From: Solirubrobacteraceae bacterium
GTDB taxonomy: Bacteria; Actinomycetota; Thermoleophilia; Solirubrobacterales; Solirubrobacteraceae
Direction of reading: 5' to 3'
DNA length: 64,000 nt
NCBI GenBank assembly: GCA_035524055.1
Contig: DATKPO010000052.1
Span: 2,040-66,039, forward strand
The notes beneath the pieces were generated by a model that saw nothing but the letters and a program-made list of their open reading frames with translations, searched no databases and was not told the DNA's origin. Positions 38,669-49,153 of the stretch are shown here, one piece after another; the first letter of the stretch is position 1; every line of letters starts with the position of its first letter. The position numbers were made by a program, and so were the translations under genes.

Positions 38669-40999
38669 ATGACAAGGATGACCAACCGCACCAGCGCACT
38701 GGCCGGCTGCCTGTCGGCCGCACTCGCCGTCTGTGGCGCCGCCTGCGCCGGCGCACCTGCGTCCCCTGCAAGCGCCATCTCGCCGCCGAGCAGCTCCACG
38801 GCGAGCAGCCCCGTGGCGGTCTGCAAAGCACCCACGCCCGGGCGGGCGGGCTGCCTCGCGCTCGAGCTCGCGCCGCGTCCGGGCTCGGCCGCCGCGCGGG
38901 CCTTCTCCCCCCGCGCCCGGGCACGCGCCCTGCGCGCGGCGAGAGCCGCGTCGTCGAGCGCCTCCTCCAGCCCGATCTCCGCGGGCGCCTCCTCAAGCTC
39001 GATCTCCGCCCTGGCCGCGCCAGCGGCGACGTTAACGCAGCCGGCCGCCGAACAGGCCTCGGGCTACGTCGAACCGGCCGCCCTGCACAGCGCCTACGGC
39101 CTCCCCGAAGACTCGCCGGAAACCGACGAAACACAGACCATCGCCCTCGTCGACGCCTACAACGATCTCAACGCCGAAGCCGACCTGCGCGTCTACGACG
39201 AAGCGATCAACCGCCACGACGAAGAGCTCGGCCTGCCGCTCCGGCTGCCGCCCTGCACAAAGGAAAACGGCTGCCTGGAGATCGTCAACCAGAGCGGCGA
39301 AGCCGGCAAGCCGCCCTTCCCAGCCAGCAGGCAGGCACTGGAAGACGAGGAAGCGGTGTGCAACGGCACCCGCGCCGGCGACAAACAGGCGGACTGCGAA
39401 GAAGTCGAAGAAGCCGCCGGCTGGGGCGTGGAGATCTCGACCGATCTCGACGTCGCCCACTCGGTCTGCACGAACTGCCGCATCCGCCTCGTCGAGGCCG
39501 CCTCGGCGGGCTACCTCGACCTCGAAGCGGCCGAGCGCACGGCCGCGCGTTCGACGAGCGAAGGCGGCCTCGGCGCCACCGAGATCTCCAACTCCTGGGG
39601 CGGCGAAGAGCCGCCGATCGAAAGCGAGGCGTTCGACCACCCCGGTGTCGTCATCACAGCCGCCGCCGGCGACTTCGGCTACCGCAACTGGACGATGGCC
39701 GAGGAAGCCCAGGCGCACCACGAAATCTATTACTCGGGCGCCGACTACCCGGCCTCCTCGCCGCACGTCGTCGCCGTCGGCGGCACCGAGCTGACCCAGG
39801 AAAACGGGGTCCGCCTCGACGAAAGCGCCTGGAACGAGGACCCCGACCCCAGCGGCGGCAACTCCGGCGCGGGCGGCGGAGGCTGCAGCGCCTACTTCGC
39901 GGCGCCGGCGTGGCAGCAGGCCGTGCCCGACTGGTCACGGGTCGGCTGCGGCGGAAAGCGGGCGGTCGCCGACGTGGCGGCCGACGCCGATCCCTACACC
40001 GGCGTGCTCGTCTACGACTCCGCGGAATCGGAAAGCAGCTTCATCGTGATCGGCGGCACCAGCGTCGCCTCGCCGATCATCGCCGCCACCTTCGCGCTCG
40101 CCGGCGGCGCCCACGGCGTCGCCGACCCGGCGCAGACGCTCTACTCCCATCTCGGCACCGCCGCGCTCTACGACGTCCAAAGTGGCGGCAACGGCCGCTG
40201 CCGCGACGTCTACAGCGGGAGCTGCGGCAGCTCGATGAGCCCGAGCTCCTCGCTCTACCCGTTCGACTGCGGCAGCGACGTCCTGATCTGCAACGCCGGC
40301 CCCGGCTACGACGGACCGACCGGCGTCGGCGCGCCCAACGGCCTTGGCGCCTTCGAGCCCGGCGGAGAAACCGCGCAGCAGACCGAGGAACGCGAACTGC
40401 GAGAAGCGAGGGAAGCCGACGAACGCGAGACGCGCGAACGCGAAGCGCGCGAACAGGAAACGCGCGAACGCGAAGCCAGAGAACACGCCGGCGGCGGAGC
40501 GAAAGTCGGCGAAGACCAGCAGCCCGACGAAGAATCCGACGAAACCGTCGGCTCCGGTCCCGGTGAGAGCGGCGGCTCGACGCCGCCCGGCGGCACGAGC
40601 CCACCCGCCGGCGCGAGCACGGGATCCGGCCCGAGCGCCAGCTCGAGCTCCAACCAGCCAGCCGGCAGGGCTCCCGCGAAAGCCGTGCGGCTCTCCGAAC
40701 TGGCGCTGACGCTGAGCGCGATCGACGCGCTCGACCACCGCCGCCCGCCCGTCTCGCGCGTGGAATTCAGCTTCCGGCTGAGCGCCGCCGCGCGCGTGCG
40801 GGTCACGCTCGCCCGAGAGGTGTACAGCCGCGGCCGCAGGCGCTGGCGCGTGCAGCCGGGCTCCTTCGCCTACTCCGCCCGCCGCGGCCACGACCGCCTG
40901 CACCTCGCCGGCCGCCGTGGACTGCCGCCCGGTCTCTACCGGCTGACGCTCACCCCGGTCGGCGGCAGGGCCGGCTCAATCTCGTTCGTGCTCGGGTAG
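38669..40999 (+). CDS. Secreted S53 (sedolisin-like)/S8 serine protease with charged repeat, linker and C-terminal beta domain
   Basis: Signal peptide; 'EISTD' (ExxxD), 'SNSWG', 'AAAGD', 'GGTSVASP', 'GYDGPTGVGAP'. Confidence 0.9.
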   Translation: MTRMTNRTSALAGCLSAALAVCGAACAGAPASPASAISPPSSSTASSPVAVCKAPTPGRAGCLALELAPRPGSAAARAFSPRARARALRAARAASSSASSSPISAGASSSSISALAAPAATLTQPAAEQASGYVEPAALHSAYGLPEDSPETDETQTIALVDAYNDLNAEADLRVYDEAINRHDEELGLPLRLPPCTKENGCLEIVNQSGEAGKPPFPASRQALEDEEAVCNGTRAGDKQADCEEVEEAAGWGVEISTDLDVAHSVCTNCRIRLVEAASAGYLDLEAAERTAARSTSEGGLGATEISNSWGGEEPPIESEAFDHPGVVITAAAGDFGYRNWTMAEEAQAHHEIYYSGADYPASSPHVVAVGGTELTQENGVRLDESAWNEDPDPSGGNSGAGGGGCSAYFAAPAWQQAVPDWSRVGCGGKRAVADVAADADPYTGVLVYDSAESESSFIVIGGTSVASPIIAATFALAGGAHGVADPAQTLYSHLGTAALYDVQSGGNGRCRDVYSGSCGSSMSPSSSLYPFDCGSDVLICNAGPGYDGPTGVGAPNGLGAFEPGGETAQQTEERELREAREADERETREREAREQETREREAREHAGGGAKVGEDQQPDEESDETVGSGPGESGGSTPPGGTSPPAGASTGSGPSASSSSNQPAGRAPAKAVRLSELALTLSAIDALDHRRPPVSRVEFSFRLSAAARVRVTLAREVYSRGRRRWRVQPGSFAYSARRGHDRLHLAGRRGLPPGLYRLTLTPVGGRAGSISFVLG

Positions 41000-41950
41000 C
41001 GCCCTTTTCGTCGTCGTGTCGCGCCCACCGGCGATGCCGTGGCGCACACGGTGCTCGACCTCTTCTCCGTGGGGCGTCAGCGTCCATGCGTTCGGCGCCC
41101 CGCGAAATCCGCCGCGACCGACGTTGACGATCAGCCGCAGATCCTCGAGGCGGCTCAGCAGCTTGGATATCTGCCCCTGGTCGATCACGCCGGCGTGTTC
41201 GGCGACCTCACGGTTGCTGGCGCCGGGGTGCTCGGAGATCGCTCGCAGCACGCACGCCGTGCGGTGTGTGAGGCGCATGCCGATGCCCTCCACCGCCGAG
41301 CGTCCGCCGGGACGTGCGACGGGCCTGCGACCGGGGGGCCGCCTCAGCTCGCGCCGGGCGGCGCCGCTGCCCAGATAGGGGAGCAGGATCAGGCTCATCA
41401 GCTGGCCCGTCAGATCGGACAGGGGCTCGGGTCGCTCTGACAGCAGCCGCGCCTGGATGATCGCGAGCACCCCTCCCACGACCCCCTCGGCGGTGACCTC
41501 CGGCGGCTCGGCACGGGTGACGCTTTCCCCGCGCCCCCGATCGACGAACTCGCAGAGCGCCGCGATGACCTCGGCGCGCCGCTGCTGCACCCGCGGACCG
41601 CCGCCCAGGGAATAGACGATCCACAGCCGCGCCAGCGCGGGCTCCTCTTCGAGCAGGCTCAGCATCGCCAGCAATCCGGCCCTGATGCCGTCGGCCCAGG
41701 TCGGCGCGCCGTGATACGCGGCGGCCAGCGCCGCCCGCCCCCGGCGCACACCGAGCTCGAAGGCCTCCAGGAAGCAGTCTTCCAGATCGGGGAACTCCCG
41801 CTCCAAGGCAGCCCGCGAGATGCCAGCCCGCGCGGCGACGTCCCTGGGCGAGATCGAGCGCGGGTCACGCTCGGAGACCACCTCGGCCATAGCCCTCAGG
41901 ATGCGCGTGCGCTGCGCCTCTTCCACATGACCCCCTTCGACGTTACTCAC
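40976..41950 (-). CDS. TetR-family regulator with C-terminal winged HTH (paralog of 6205-7440)
   Basis: 'QRTRILRAM..DVAARAGISR..F'; C-terminal 'RLTHRT..HPGASNR..GQISKLLSRL..PNAWTLT'. Confidence 0.85.
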   Translation of the reverse strand: MSNVEGGHVEEAQRTRILRAMAEVVSERDPRSISPRDVAARAGISRAALEREFPDLEDCFLEAFELGVRRGRAALAAAYHGAPTWADGIRAGLLAMLSLLEEEPALARLWIVYSLGGGPRVQQRRAEVIAALCEFVDRGRGESVTRAEPPEVTAEGVVGGVLAIIQARLLSERPEPLSDLTGQLMSLILLPYLGSGAARRELRRPPGRRPVARPGGRSAVEGIGMRLTHRTACVLRAISEHPGASNREVAEHAGVIDQGQISKLLSRLEDLRLIVNVGRGGFRGAPNAWTLTPHGEEVEHRVRHGIAGGRDTTTKRALPEHERD

Positions 41951-42118
41951 AGCCGCTCCAACCCTAATGCGAACAACTTGATTTCCGCAATAGCGGGTAT
42001 CTTCTCTCTGTCCAGCCGGGGGAGCCTACACGTAGGCGGATGTCTCTGCCGACCCGGAAACGCGCCGGCCGCGACCGCCGGCGCTCAGACGGCGGGCAAC
42101 GGGCTCAGACGGAGATCC

Positions 42119-43375
42119 TCAGGGCGCGCCCAGCGCCGCCGGGGCGCCGAACGCCCGCAGGCACGCCGGCAGCTCGACGCCGCCGTCGTCGCGCTGGCCG
42201 TTCTCCAGCAGCGCCACGAGCGTGCGTCCCACGGCCACCGCGGTGCCGTTGAGCGTGTGCAGGATCTCGGTGCGCTTCTCCCGGCGAACCCGGATCCCGA
42301 GCCGCCGAGCCTGGTAGTCGGTGGTGTTCGAGCACGACGTCAGCTCGCGGTAGCGGCCCTGGCTCGGCATCCAGGCCTCGCAGTCGTACTTCTTCGCCGC
42401 CGAGCCGCCGAGGTCGCCTACGGCGATGTTCACGACGCGGTAGGGCAGCCCCAGCTCGGCGAGGATCTCCTCCTCGATCGCCAGGATCCGCTCGTGCTCC
42501 TCAGCGGAGCGCTCGGGCTCGACGAAGCTGAACATCTCGACCTTGTCGAACTGGTGTACCCGGAAGATGCCCCGCGTGTCGCGACCCGCGGCGCCGGCCT
42601 CGCGCCGGAAGCACGGCGAGAAGCCGGCGTAGCGCAGCGGCAGCCGCTCGACGTCGAGGATCTCGTCGTCGTGCAGCGAGGCCAGCGCGACCTCGGATGT
42701 GCCCACCAGATAGAGCTCGTCCTCGGGCAGCTCGTAGATCTGCTGCTCGGTGTCCGGCAGGAAGCCGGTGCCGAACAGCGCCCGCTCGCGCACCAGCACC
42801 GGCGGGATCACCGGCTCGAACCCGTGCCCGAGGAGCTTCTCCAGCACCCACCGCACGAGCGCCAGCTCGAGCAGCACCAGCTCGCCTTTGAGGTAGGCGA
42901 AGCGGGCGCCCGAGAGGTTGGCGGCGCGGTCCATGTCGATCCGCGGCCCCGCCAGGTCGAGATGGTCGCGCGGCTGGAAGTCGAATCGCGGCGGCTCGCC
43001 GACGCTGCGCACCAGCTCGTCCTCGGGGCCGGGCGCCGCCGAGGGGTCGGGCAGGTTGGGCAGTTTGATCAGCAGCGCGTCGCGCGCCTGCCTGGCCTGC
43101 TCGGCCTGCTCTCCCCTCGCCTTGACCTCGGCGCTCAGCTCCTTCATGCCCGCCAGCAGGCCGCCGACGTCCTCGCCCGCGCGCTTGCCGGCCGCGATCC
43201 GCTCGGAGTCCGCGCGCTGCTTTGCGCGCAGGCTCTCGGCCGCCGTGGTCGCCGCGCGCCACTCCCGATCGCGGGCGCGGATCTCCTCCACGGTCGCCAG
43301 CAGCGCCGGATCGCGCCGCTGCAGGGCCGCCCGCACCAGCTCGGGCTCGTCGCGGATCAGCCGGATGTCGAGCAC
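42119..43375 (-). CDS. serS: Serine--tRNA ligase
   Basis: 'GTSEV', 'CFRREAG', 'RVHQFDKVE', 'ELTSCSN..DYQARRL', 'HTLNGT'. Confidence 0.98.
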   Translation of the reverse strand: MLDIRLIRDEPELVRAALQRRDPALLATVEEIRARDREWRAATTAAESLRAKQRADSERIAAGKRAGEDVGGLLAGMKELSAEVKARGEQAEQARQARDALLIKLPNLPDPSAAPGPEDELVRSVGEPPRFDFQPRDHLDLAGPRIDMDRAANLSGARFAYLKGELVLLELALVRWVLEKLLGHGFEPVIPPVLVRERALFGTGFLPDTEQQIYELPEDELYLVGTSEVALASLHDDEILDVERLPLRYAGFSPCFRREAGAAGRDTRGIFRVHQFDKVEMFSFVEPERSAEEHERILAIEEEILAELGLPYRVVNIAVGDLGGSAAKKYDCEAWMPSQGRYRELTSCSNTTDYQARRLGIRVRREKRTEILHTLNGTAVAVGRTLVALLENGQRDDGGVELPACLRAFGAPAALGAP

Positions 43376-43408
43376 GTCGCCTGCAGCCCTCCCGCCGGGC
43401 CCCGGCCC

Positions 43409-43945
43409 CTACTTCTTCTTGCCCGACGACTTCTTGCCGGACGTCTGCGCGCTCGACGGCTGGGTGCTCGACGGCTGGGTGCTCGTCGGGGCGGCGCTCG
43501 TCGAAGTCGTCGTCGCGGCGGCTTCCGTCGAAGTCGCCGAGGCGTTTTCGATGACCGGCACCTTCGGGGCCTGCAGCCCGGAGTACTTGGCCAGGAACTG
43601 CGCCACTTCCTGGACCTCTTTGCCGACGACGATGTTCTGCGGCATGATCGCGCTCGAGAAGCCGCCGTTGTGGATCGCGTAGACCACCTGGGCGACGTAC
43701 TCCTTGCGGAAGTTGAAGTCGGGCCCGTTGGTGCGCACGCGGTCCTTGACGCTCGTCGCCGAGCCCCGGGCGCCGACGACCGCGAGCGAGTGGCAGCCCG
43801 AGCAGCGTTCCAGGAAGAGCTGGGCGCCGTGGTAGTAGGGGCTGGACTTGGCGACCTGGATGCCCTCGGTGCCGCAGGCGCTGAAGCCCACCGCGACGGC
43901 GGCGGCCGACAGAGCTGCAGCGATTGCCCGCGAATGCGACCTCAT
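43409..43945 (-). CDS. Monoheme cytochrome c lipoprotein
   Basis: Lipobox FSAC; CSGCH heme motif; 'GPDF'; distal Met in 'IMP'; Ser/Thr-rich tail. Confidence 0.9.
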   Translation of the reverse strand: MRSHSRAIAAALSAAAVAVGFSACGTEGIQVAKSSPYYHGAQLFLERCSGCHSLAVVGARGSATSVKDRVRTNGPDFNFRKEYVAQVVYAIHNGGFSSAIMPQNIVVGKEVQEVAQFLAKYSGLQAPKVPVIENASATSTEAAATTTSTSAAPTSTQPSSTQPSSAQTSGKKSSGKKK

Positions 43946-43973
43946 TGCGAGCGGGAATATATAGGCTCGCCCG
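43946..43973. promoter_or_regulatory. Compact bidirectional promoter (adjacent -10 elements)
   Basis: 28-bp intergenic gap: TAGGCT 6 nt before GTG 43974 (+); TATATT 10 nt before ATG 43945 (-). Confidence 0.55.
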
Positions 43974-44369
43974 GTGAGGCCCGCCGACATCCTCCGACCG
44001 GTCGCCTGCACCCTGCTCGCGGCGGCCGCTCTGGGCGGCTGCGGGGCGAGCCGCACGGTGCCCGTCGCCGGCCACAGCCTGAGACTCTCGCTCAGCGAGT
44101 ACCGCATCGTCCCCCAGAACGTCAGCGTGCCCTCGGGGCCGCTGCGGATCTTCGCCCGCAACCGCGGCATCCTGCCGCACAACGTCGAGCTGCAGACCGG
44201 CACGCTGGACTCCGAGGAACGCACCACGCTCGCCGTGATCCCGACGCTGCTGCCGGGAGCCTCCGGCTCGGTGCGGACCGGTCCGCTCGCCCCGGGCCGC
44301 TACCTGCTGCTCAGCACCGTCGGCAACCAGGCCGTGCTCGGCATGGCTGGGACGCTCGTCGTGCGCTGA
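43974..44369 (+). CDS. Cupredoxin-like lipoprotein with degenerate copper site
   Basis: Lipobox LGGC; 'N.G..PHN', 'L.PG.S', 'PGRY....TVGNQ...GM.GTLVV'. Confidence 0.8.
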   Translation: MRPADILRPVACTLLAAAALGGCGASRTVPVAGHSLRLSLSEYRIVPQNVSVPSGPLRIFARNRGILPHNVELQTGTLDSEERTTLAVIPTLLPGASGSVRTGPLAPGRYLLLSTVGNQAVLGMAGTLVVR

Positions 44370-44432
44370 GGCGGCCGGGATCGGGCCGCGCGGACCGCGA
44401 GCGGCGAGCGGTCGTCCTACTACGCTGGGGCC

Positions 44433-44933
44433 GTGGCCAGCACCGACCGCCCGCGGCTCGACCGCCGCCGCGCCTACCGCCAAACGATCGGGCAGTTCGC
44501 GACGGGTGTGGCGATCGTCACCGCCCAGAGCCCCGAGGGGCCGGTCGGGATGACGGCCAACGCGCTCTGCTCGCTATCGCTCGATCCGCTGCTGCTGCTG
44601 GTCTGCATCGACAACTCCGCCCGCACCCTGGCCCCGATCCGCGCCACGCGACGCTTCGCGGTCAACGTCCTCTGCCGCGAGCAGCAGCCGCTCGCCGAGG
44701 CTTTCGCCTCCAAGCAGTCAAAGCCCGAGCACTTCGCGCGCACCGCCTGGCGCCTGCACCAGGGGGTGCCGGTGCTCGAGCAATCGCTGGCCTGGCTCGT
44801 CTGCGACCTGCGCGAGCTGCACCCCGGCGGCGACCACACGATCGGCGTCGGCGAGGTCACCGACATGGACCGCGACGAGCGCGGCGAGCCGCTCGTCTGG
44901 CACCGGGGGCACTACGTGCAGCTGCGCGCCTGA
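44433..44933 (+). CDS. Flavin reductase-like protein
   Basis: 'FATGVAIVT', 'SLSLDP', 'FAVNVL', 'GDHTI'. Confidence 0.93.
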   Translation: MASTDRPRLDRRRAYRQTIGQFATGVAIVTAQSPEGPVGMTANALCSLSLDPLLLLVCIDNSARTLAPIRATRRFAVNVLCREQQPLAEAFASKQSKPEHFARTAWRLHQGVPVLEQSLAWLVCDLRELHPGGDHTIGVGEVTDMDRDERGEPLVWHRGHYVQLRA

Positions 44934-45002
44934 GGCCCGCGCCGAGCCGCTCACGCGAGGCGCACGCGGCTCGAGCGCGAGGCACCGACGCCGGCATCCA
45001 GC

Positions 45003-45455
45003 TCAGAACCCGTGCGCGGTGCCGGCGGCGCGCAGCGCGAGGAAGACGACGACGAGCGCCGAGAGAGCCATGATCCCGAGCTCGCGGCGCACGATCGCCG
45101 CGACCACCCCCTGCTGCTCGACCGGCGGCAGCGCGCCCACCGCCTGGGCGTTCTCCAGGCCGCGCTGGTCGAGGATCGTCTGGGCCGAGGCCACCCGCAG
45201 CTGCTCGGCGACGAACGCGATCGCCAGGGGCAGGAGGGCGTAGAGGTAGAAGAGGTTTTCGCTCGAGCTCCTGCCGGTCGCCGCCAGCAGCCCCACCGCC
45301 AGGGCGTAGGCGACGGCGGCGCCCTGGCCGACGCGCAGCGTCAACCAGAACGCGCGGCTCTGCTCCTCGCGGTACCAGCGCCAGGCGCCGAGCAGGGCCG
45401 GCACCGCGTTCACGACGGCCACGATCAGCGCGCCGGCCACGACGGCGCCGTTCAT
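45003..45455 (-). CDS. Hypothetical membrane protein (about 4 TM)
   Basis: Hydrophobic helices; host-like codon usage. Confidence 0.75.
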   Translation of the reverse strand: MNGAVVAGALIVAVVNAVPALLGAWRWYREEQSRAFWLTLRVGQGAAVAYALAVGLLAATGRSSSENLFYLYALLPLAIAFVAEQLRVASAQTILDQRGLENAQAVGALPPVEQQGVVAAIVRRELGIMALSALVVVFLALRAAGTAHGF

Positions 45456-45532
45456 GCCCTGGGTTTCGAGCCGATCGTCACTATGTAACACTCTCGCACA
45501 AGCCGCTGGCCCCGGTGATATAACAGCGCACG

Positions 45533-45889
45533 GTGCTGCGCTCCTACCTCCCCGCGATCGTATTCCTGATCCTCGGCGGCGCCGTCGGTGGGGCGTTCAC
45601 GCTGCTCAACGCGGCGCTCGGGCCGAGCCGCGGCGTGGCCCACAAGCAGGATCCCTACGAGTGCGGCCTGCCCTCCGAGGTCAAGCGGGGACTGCGCTTC
45701 GGCATCAGCTTCTACCTGATCGCGATGCTCTTCATCCTGTTCGACATCGAGGTCGTCTTCCTCTACCCGATCGCGACCGAGCTGCGCGCCTACGGCACCT
45801 ACGCGATGGTCGAGACGATCGTGTTCATCGTCCTGCTGTTCGTCGCCTTCGTCTACGTCTGGCGCCGGGGTGCGCTGCAATGGCGGTGA
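45533..45889 (+). CDS. nuoA: NADH-quinone oxidoreductase subunit A
   Basis: 'PYECG', '[10 protein letters not shown]', 'GALQW'. Confidence 0.96.
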   Translation: MLRSYLPAIVFLILGGAVGGAFTLLNAALGPSRGVAHKQDPYECGLPSEVKRGLRFGISFYLIAMLFILFDIEVVFLYPIATELRAYGTYAMVETIVFIVLLFVAFVYVWRRGALQWR

Positions 45890-46569
45890 GCCGCCAGCCG
45901 CTCGGACCGGCCGGCCCGGGCGGTCCGGCCGGCGAGGGCGGGCCGCTGCGCATCCGCGAGCTGAGCTCGCGCCAGCTGCTGCGCGGCGGCGAGATCGTCG
46001 GCCGCACCCCTTCGGCGCACCCCGAGGGCGCCGACTTCGAGCGCTACGTGGAAGAGCGGGTGCTGACGACCACGCTCGACAGGGCCGTCGCCTGGGCGCG
46101 CTCGAACTCCTTCTTCCCCGCCACCTTCGGATTGGCGTGCTGCGCGATCGAGATGATGTCCATCGTCGCCGCCCGCGTCGACGTCGCCCGCTTCGGCTTC
46201 GAGGCCTTCCGCGCCTCGCCCCGCCAGGCAGACCTGCTGATCCTCTCGGGCCGGGTCTCGATCAAGATGGCGCCGGTCGTTCGTCGCATCTACGACCAGA
46301 TGCTCGAGCCCAAGTGGGCGATCTCGATGGGCGCCTGCTGCTCGTCGATGGGGGTGTTCAACAACTACGCCCTGGTGCCCTCGGACAAGTTCATGCCGAT
46401 CGACGTCCACGTCCCCGGCTGCCCGCCGCGGCCGGAGGCTCTGATGCACGGCATCCTGCGGCTGCGCAAGATGGTCCAGGAGGATCCCGAGCTGGGCTGG
46501 CGCGAGCGCTACGGGGCCCAGGGCACCGAGGAGATCGTCCCCGACGAGACGGCCGGGCGCGGTGCCTGA
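45880..46569 (+). CDS. nuoB: NADH-quinone oxidoreductase subunit B
   Basis: 'GLACCAIEM', 'SPRQAD', 'PGCPPRPE'. Start 45880 or 45886. Confidence 0.96.
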   Translation: MAVSRQPLGPAGPGGPAGEGGPLRIRELSSRQLLRGGEIVGRTPSAHPEGADFERYVEERVLTTTLDRAVAWARSNSFFPATFGLACCAIEMMSIVAARVDVARFGFEAFRASPRQADLLILSGRVSIKMAPVVRRIYDQMLEPKWAISMGACCSSMGVFNNYALVPSDKFMPIDVHVPGCPPRPEALMHGILRLRKMVQEDPELGWRERYGAQGTEEIVPDETAGRGA

Positions 46570-47107
46570 CGCGACCGGACTGGAGCTGCTCGCCCAGGAG
46601 CTGCGCGCCGTGATCGGGGAGCACACTGTCGGCGACACCGTCTTCTTCCGCGGCCACGGAACGCTGGAGATCGATCCGGCCACGATCGTGCCCGTGCTGC
46701 ACCGCCTGCGCGACCGCGGCTACTCGTTCCTGGCAAGCGTCCACGGCGTCGACTACTACCCGCACGAGCCCCGCCTGGGCGTCCACTACGAGCTGCTCGA
46801 CATGGGCCGCGTCGACCGCGTCACGGTCAAGCTGCGGGTGCCCACCGACGCGCCCGAGGTCGACTCGGTGACGCCCGACCGCGCCGCCCCCGGCGGCGGC
46901 GTGCTCGCCGGCTGGCCGACCGCCAACCATCAGGAGCGCGAGGTCTACGACATGTTCGGCGTCGTCTTCCGGGACCACCCCGACCTGCGCCGCATCCTCA
47001 TGCCCGAGGACTACGAGGGCCACCCCCAGCGCCGCGACTTCCCGATCGGCGGGGAGCCGGTGGCGTTCACCTACAACGACACCCCATCGCTGGGGCCGCC
47101 GCGATGA
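46562..47107 (+). CDS. nuoC: NADH-quinone oxidoreductase subunit C
   Basis: '[25 protein letters not shown]'. Confidence 0.95.
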   Translation: MPDATGLELLAQELRAVIGEHTVGDTVFFRGHGTLEIDPATIVPVLHRLRDRGYSFLASVHGVDYYPHEPRLGVHYELLDMGRVDRVTVKLRVPTDAPEVDSVTPDRAAPGGGVLAGWPTANHQEREVYDMFGVVFRDHPDLRRILMPEDYEGHPQRRDFPIGGEPVAFTYNDTPSLGPPR

Positions 47108-47163
47108 GCGCTCGCGCAACAGACCGGGCCGGCGAGCGCGAGGCCTGCGGAGCGCCGCGATGA
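47104..47163 (+). CDS. Bridging mini-ORF (19 aa) between nuoC and nuoD
   Basis: [19 protein letters not shown]; ATGA overlaps at both ends. Translation is unproven. Confidence 0.4.
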   Translation: MSARATDRAGEREACGAPR

Positions 47164-48446
47164 GCTCCACCGAGGAGCCCACGACGCTCTCCGCCTACCG
47201 CCGGCAGGAGCAGAGCATCACGCTGGCCCCGGTGGAGGAGCAGATCCGCAGCGACGTCGGCGGCGCCTCCGACGAAGCCTCGCATGAGCTCTTGACGCTC
47301 AACATCGGTCCGCACCACCCGGCCACCCACGGCGTGCTGCGCCTGCTGGTCACGCTCCAGGGCGAGGTCGTGCGCGACATCAAGCCGATCATCGGCTACG
47401 TCCACACCGGGATCGAGAAGACCGCCGAGGACAAGTCCTACTGGAAGGCGATCCCTGTCGTCGAGCGGATGGACTACCTCTCCTACTTCTTCAACGCCAT
47501 GGCCTACTGCGGCGCCGTGGAGACCCTGCTCGACGTCGAGATCCCGCCGCGCGCCCAGTACCTGCGGGTGATCCACCTCGAGTTCAACCGCATCATGTCC
47601 CACCTCGTCTGGCTCGGCACCAGCGCGCTGGATCTCGGCGCGATCTCGATGTTCTGGTACTGCTTCCGCGAGCGCGAGGCGATCCTCGACCTCTTCGAGC
47701 TCTCCACCGGCCAGCGGATGCACACCCGCTACATCCAGGTCGGCGGCGTCGCCGAGGACATCCCGCGAGGCTTCGCCGAGAAGCTGCGCAAGTTCACCGA
47801 TGCCATGCCGACGCGGGCCGACCAGTACGGCGACCTGCTCAACAAGAACGAGATCGTCCTGCAGCGGCTGCGCAACACCTGCCCGCTCGATGCCCAGAAA
47901 CTGCTCGAGCTCGGCGTCACCGGCCCGCTGCTGCGCGCCGCCGGCAACCCCTGGGATCTGCGCAAGGCGGCCCCCTACTCCTCCTACGACCACTTCGACT
48001 TCAAGATCCCCGTCGGGACGGTCGGCGACAACTACGACCGCTTCGCGGTGCGCCTGGCCGAGATCTACGAGTCGACGCGGATCATCGAGCAGGCGCTCGC
48101 CGGCCTGCCCGAGGGGCCGTACATCACGACCGACCGCAAGGTCGCCCTGCCGCCCCGGCACGAGCTGGCGACCTCGATGGAGGCCCTGATCCACCACTTC
48201 AAGCTCGTCACAGAGGGCTTCCGGGTGCCGCCGGGCGAGGTCTACCACCCGATAGAGTCCCCGCGCGGAGAGCTCGGCTGCTTCGTGCGCTCCGACGGCT
48301 CCTCCAAGCCCGCGCGCGTCCACATGCGCGACCCCTCCTTCGTAAACCTCCAGGCAACTTCACACATGGCCGAGGGCGCCTACATCGCCGATCTCATCGC
48401 CACTCTGGCGATGCTCGACCCCGTCCTGGGTGGCATCGACCGATGA
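47160..48446 (+). CDS. nuoD: NADH-quinone oxidoreductase subunit D
   Basis: 'GPHHPATHGVLRL', 'RMDY', 'ESPRGE', 'GGIDR'. Confidence 0.97.
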   Translation: MSSTEEPTTLSAYRRQEQSITLAPVEEQIRSDVGGASDEASHELLTLNIGPHHPATHGVLRLLVTLQGEVVRDIKPIIGYVHTGIEKTAEDKSYWKAIPVVERMDYLSYFFNAMAYCGAVETLLDVEIPPRAQYLRVIHLEFNRIMSHLVWLGTSALDLGAISMFWYCFREREAILDLFELSTGQRMHTRYIQVGGVAEDIPRGFAEKLRKFTDAMPTRADQYGDLLNKNEIVLQRLRNTCPLDAQKLLELGVTGPLLRAAGNPWDLRKAAPYSSYDHFDFKIPVGTVGDNYDRFAVRLAEIYESTRIIEQALAGLPEGPYITTDRKVALPPRHELATSMEALIHHFKLVTEGFRVPPGEVYHPIESPRGELGCFVRSDGSSKPARVHMRDPSFVNLQATSHMAEGAYIADLIATLAMLDPVLGGIDR

Positions 48447-49153
48447 GCGCCGGAGTGGGCGGAGTCCCGAGATACCACGGCTCGCGCGTGCCCGGCTGGG
48501 ACGAGCCGGCGGACCTCAGCAAGGACCCCGCCGAGGTCCCCGACCCCGCGTCGACCGCGGTCCCGGAGGAGCTGCGCGCCGAGATCGAGGCGCACATGGC
48601 CAAGTACCCCGACCGTCGCTCGGCGACGCTTCCCGCCCTGGAGGCCGCCCAGCGGGTGCACGGCTGGTGCTCGCCGGAGGCGATCGAACAGGTCGCCTGC
48701 GTGATGCGCCTCACGCCCGGCTACCTGGCGGCGGTGGCGACGTTCTACGACATGCTCGAGACCGATCCCGTCGCCCCGCACAAGATCTATATCTGCACTA
48801 ACATCTCTTGCGGGCTGTGCGGGGCCGACGAGCTCTACGCAGCGGTGCGCGACGCGGCCGACGAGAGCGAGTTCAACGTCCGCTCCTTCGAGTGCCTCGG
48901 CGCCTGCGACATCGCGCCGATGGCCTCCGTCGACGGCGTCTACGTCGGCCCGCTCGGCCTCGACGACATCCCCCAGCTGCTCGACGACGTGCGCGCCGGG
49001 CGCCCCGTGCTGCCCGACAAGCAGCTCGCCCGCCGACTCGTCGCCGACCCCCATGCCAACTCGCGCGAGTACGAGTTGCATCCAGCCCAGCCCGGGAGCG
49101 GGCCGCGCGCCGCACGGCCGGCGGCCGACGCCGAACAGGAGCGCGGCGCATGA
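48443..49153 (+). CDS. nuoE: NADH-quinone oxidoreductase subunit E
   Basis: 'VATFY', 'CTNISC', 'ECLGAC..AP'. Confidence 0.95.
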   Translation: MSAGVGGVPRYHGSRVPGWDEPADLSKDPAEVPDPASTAVPEELRAEIEAHMAKYPDRRSATLPALEAAQRVHGWCSPEAIEQVACVMRLTPGYLAAVATFYDMLETDPVAPHKIYICTNISCGLCGADELYAAVRDAADESEFNVRSFECLGACDIAPMASVDGVYVGPLGLDDIPQLLDDVRAGRPVLPDKQLARRLVADPHANSREYELHPAQPGSGPRAARPAADAEQERGA

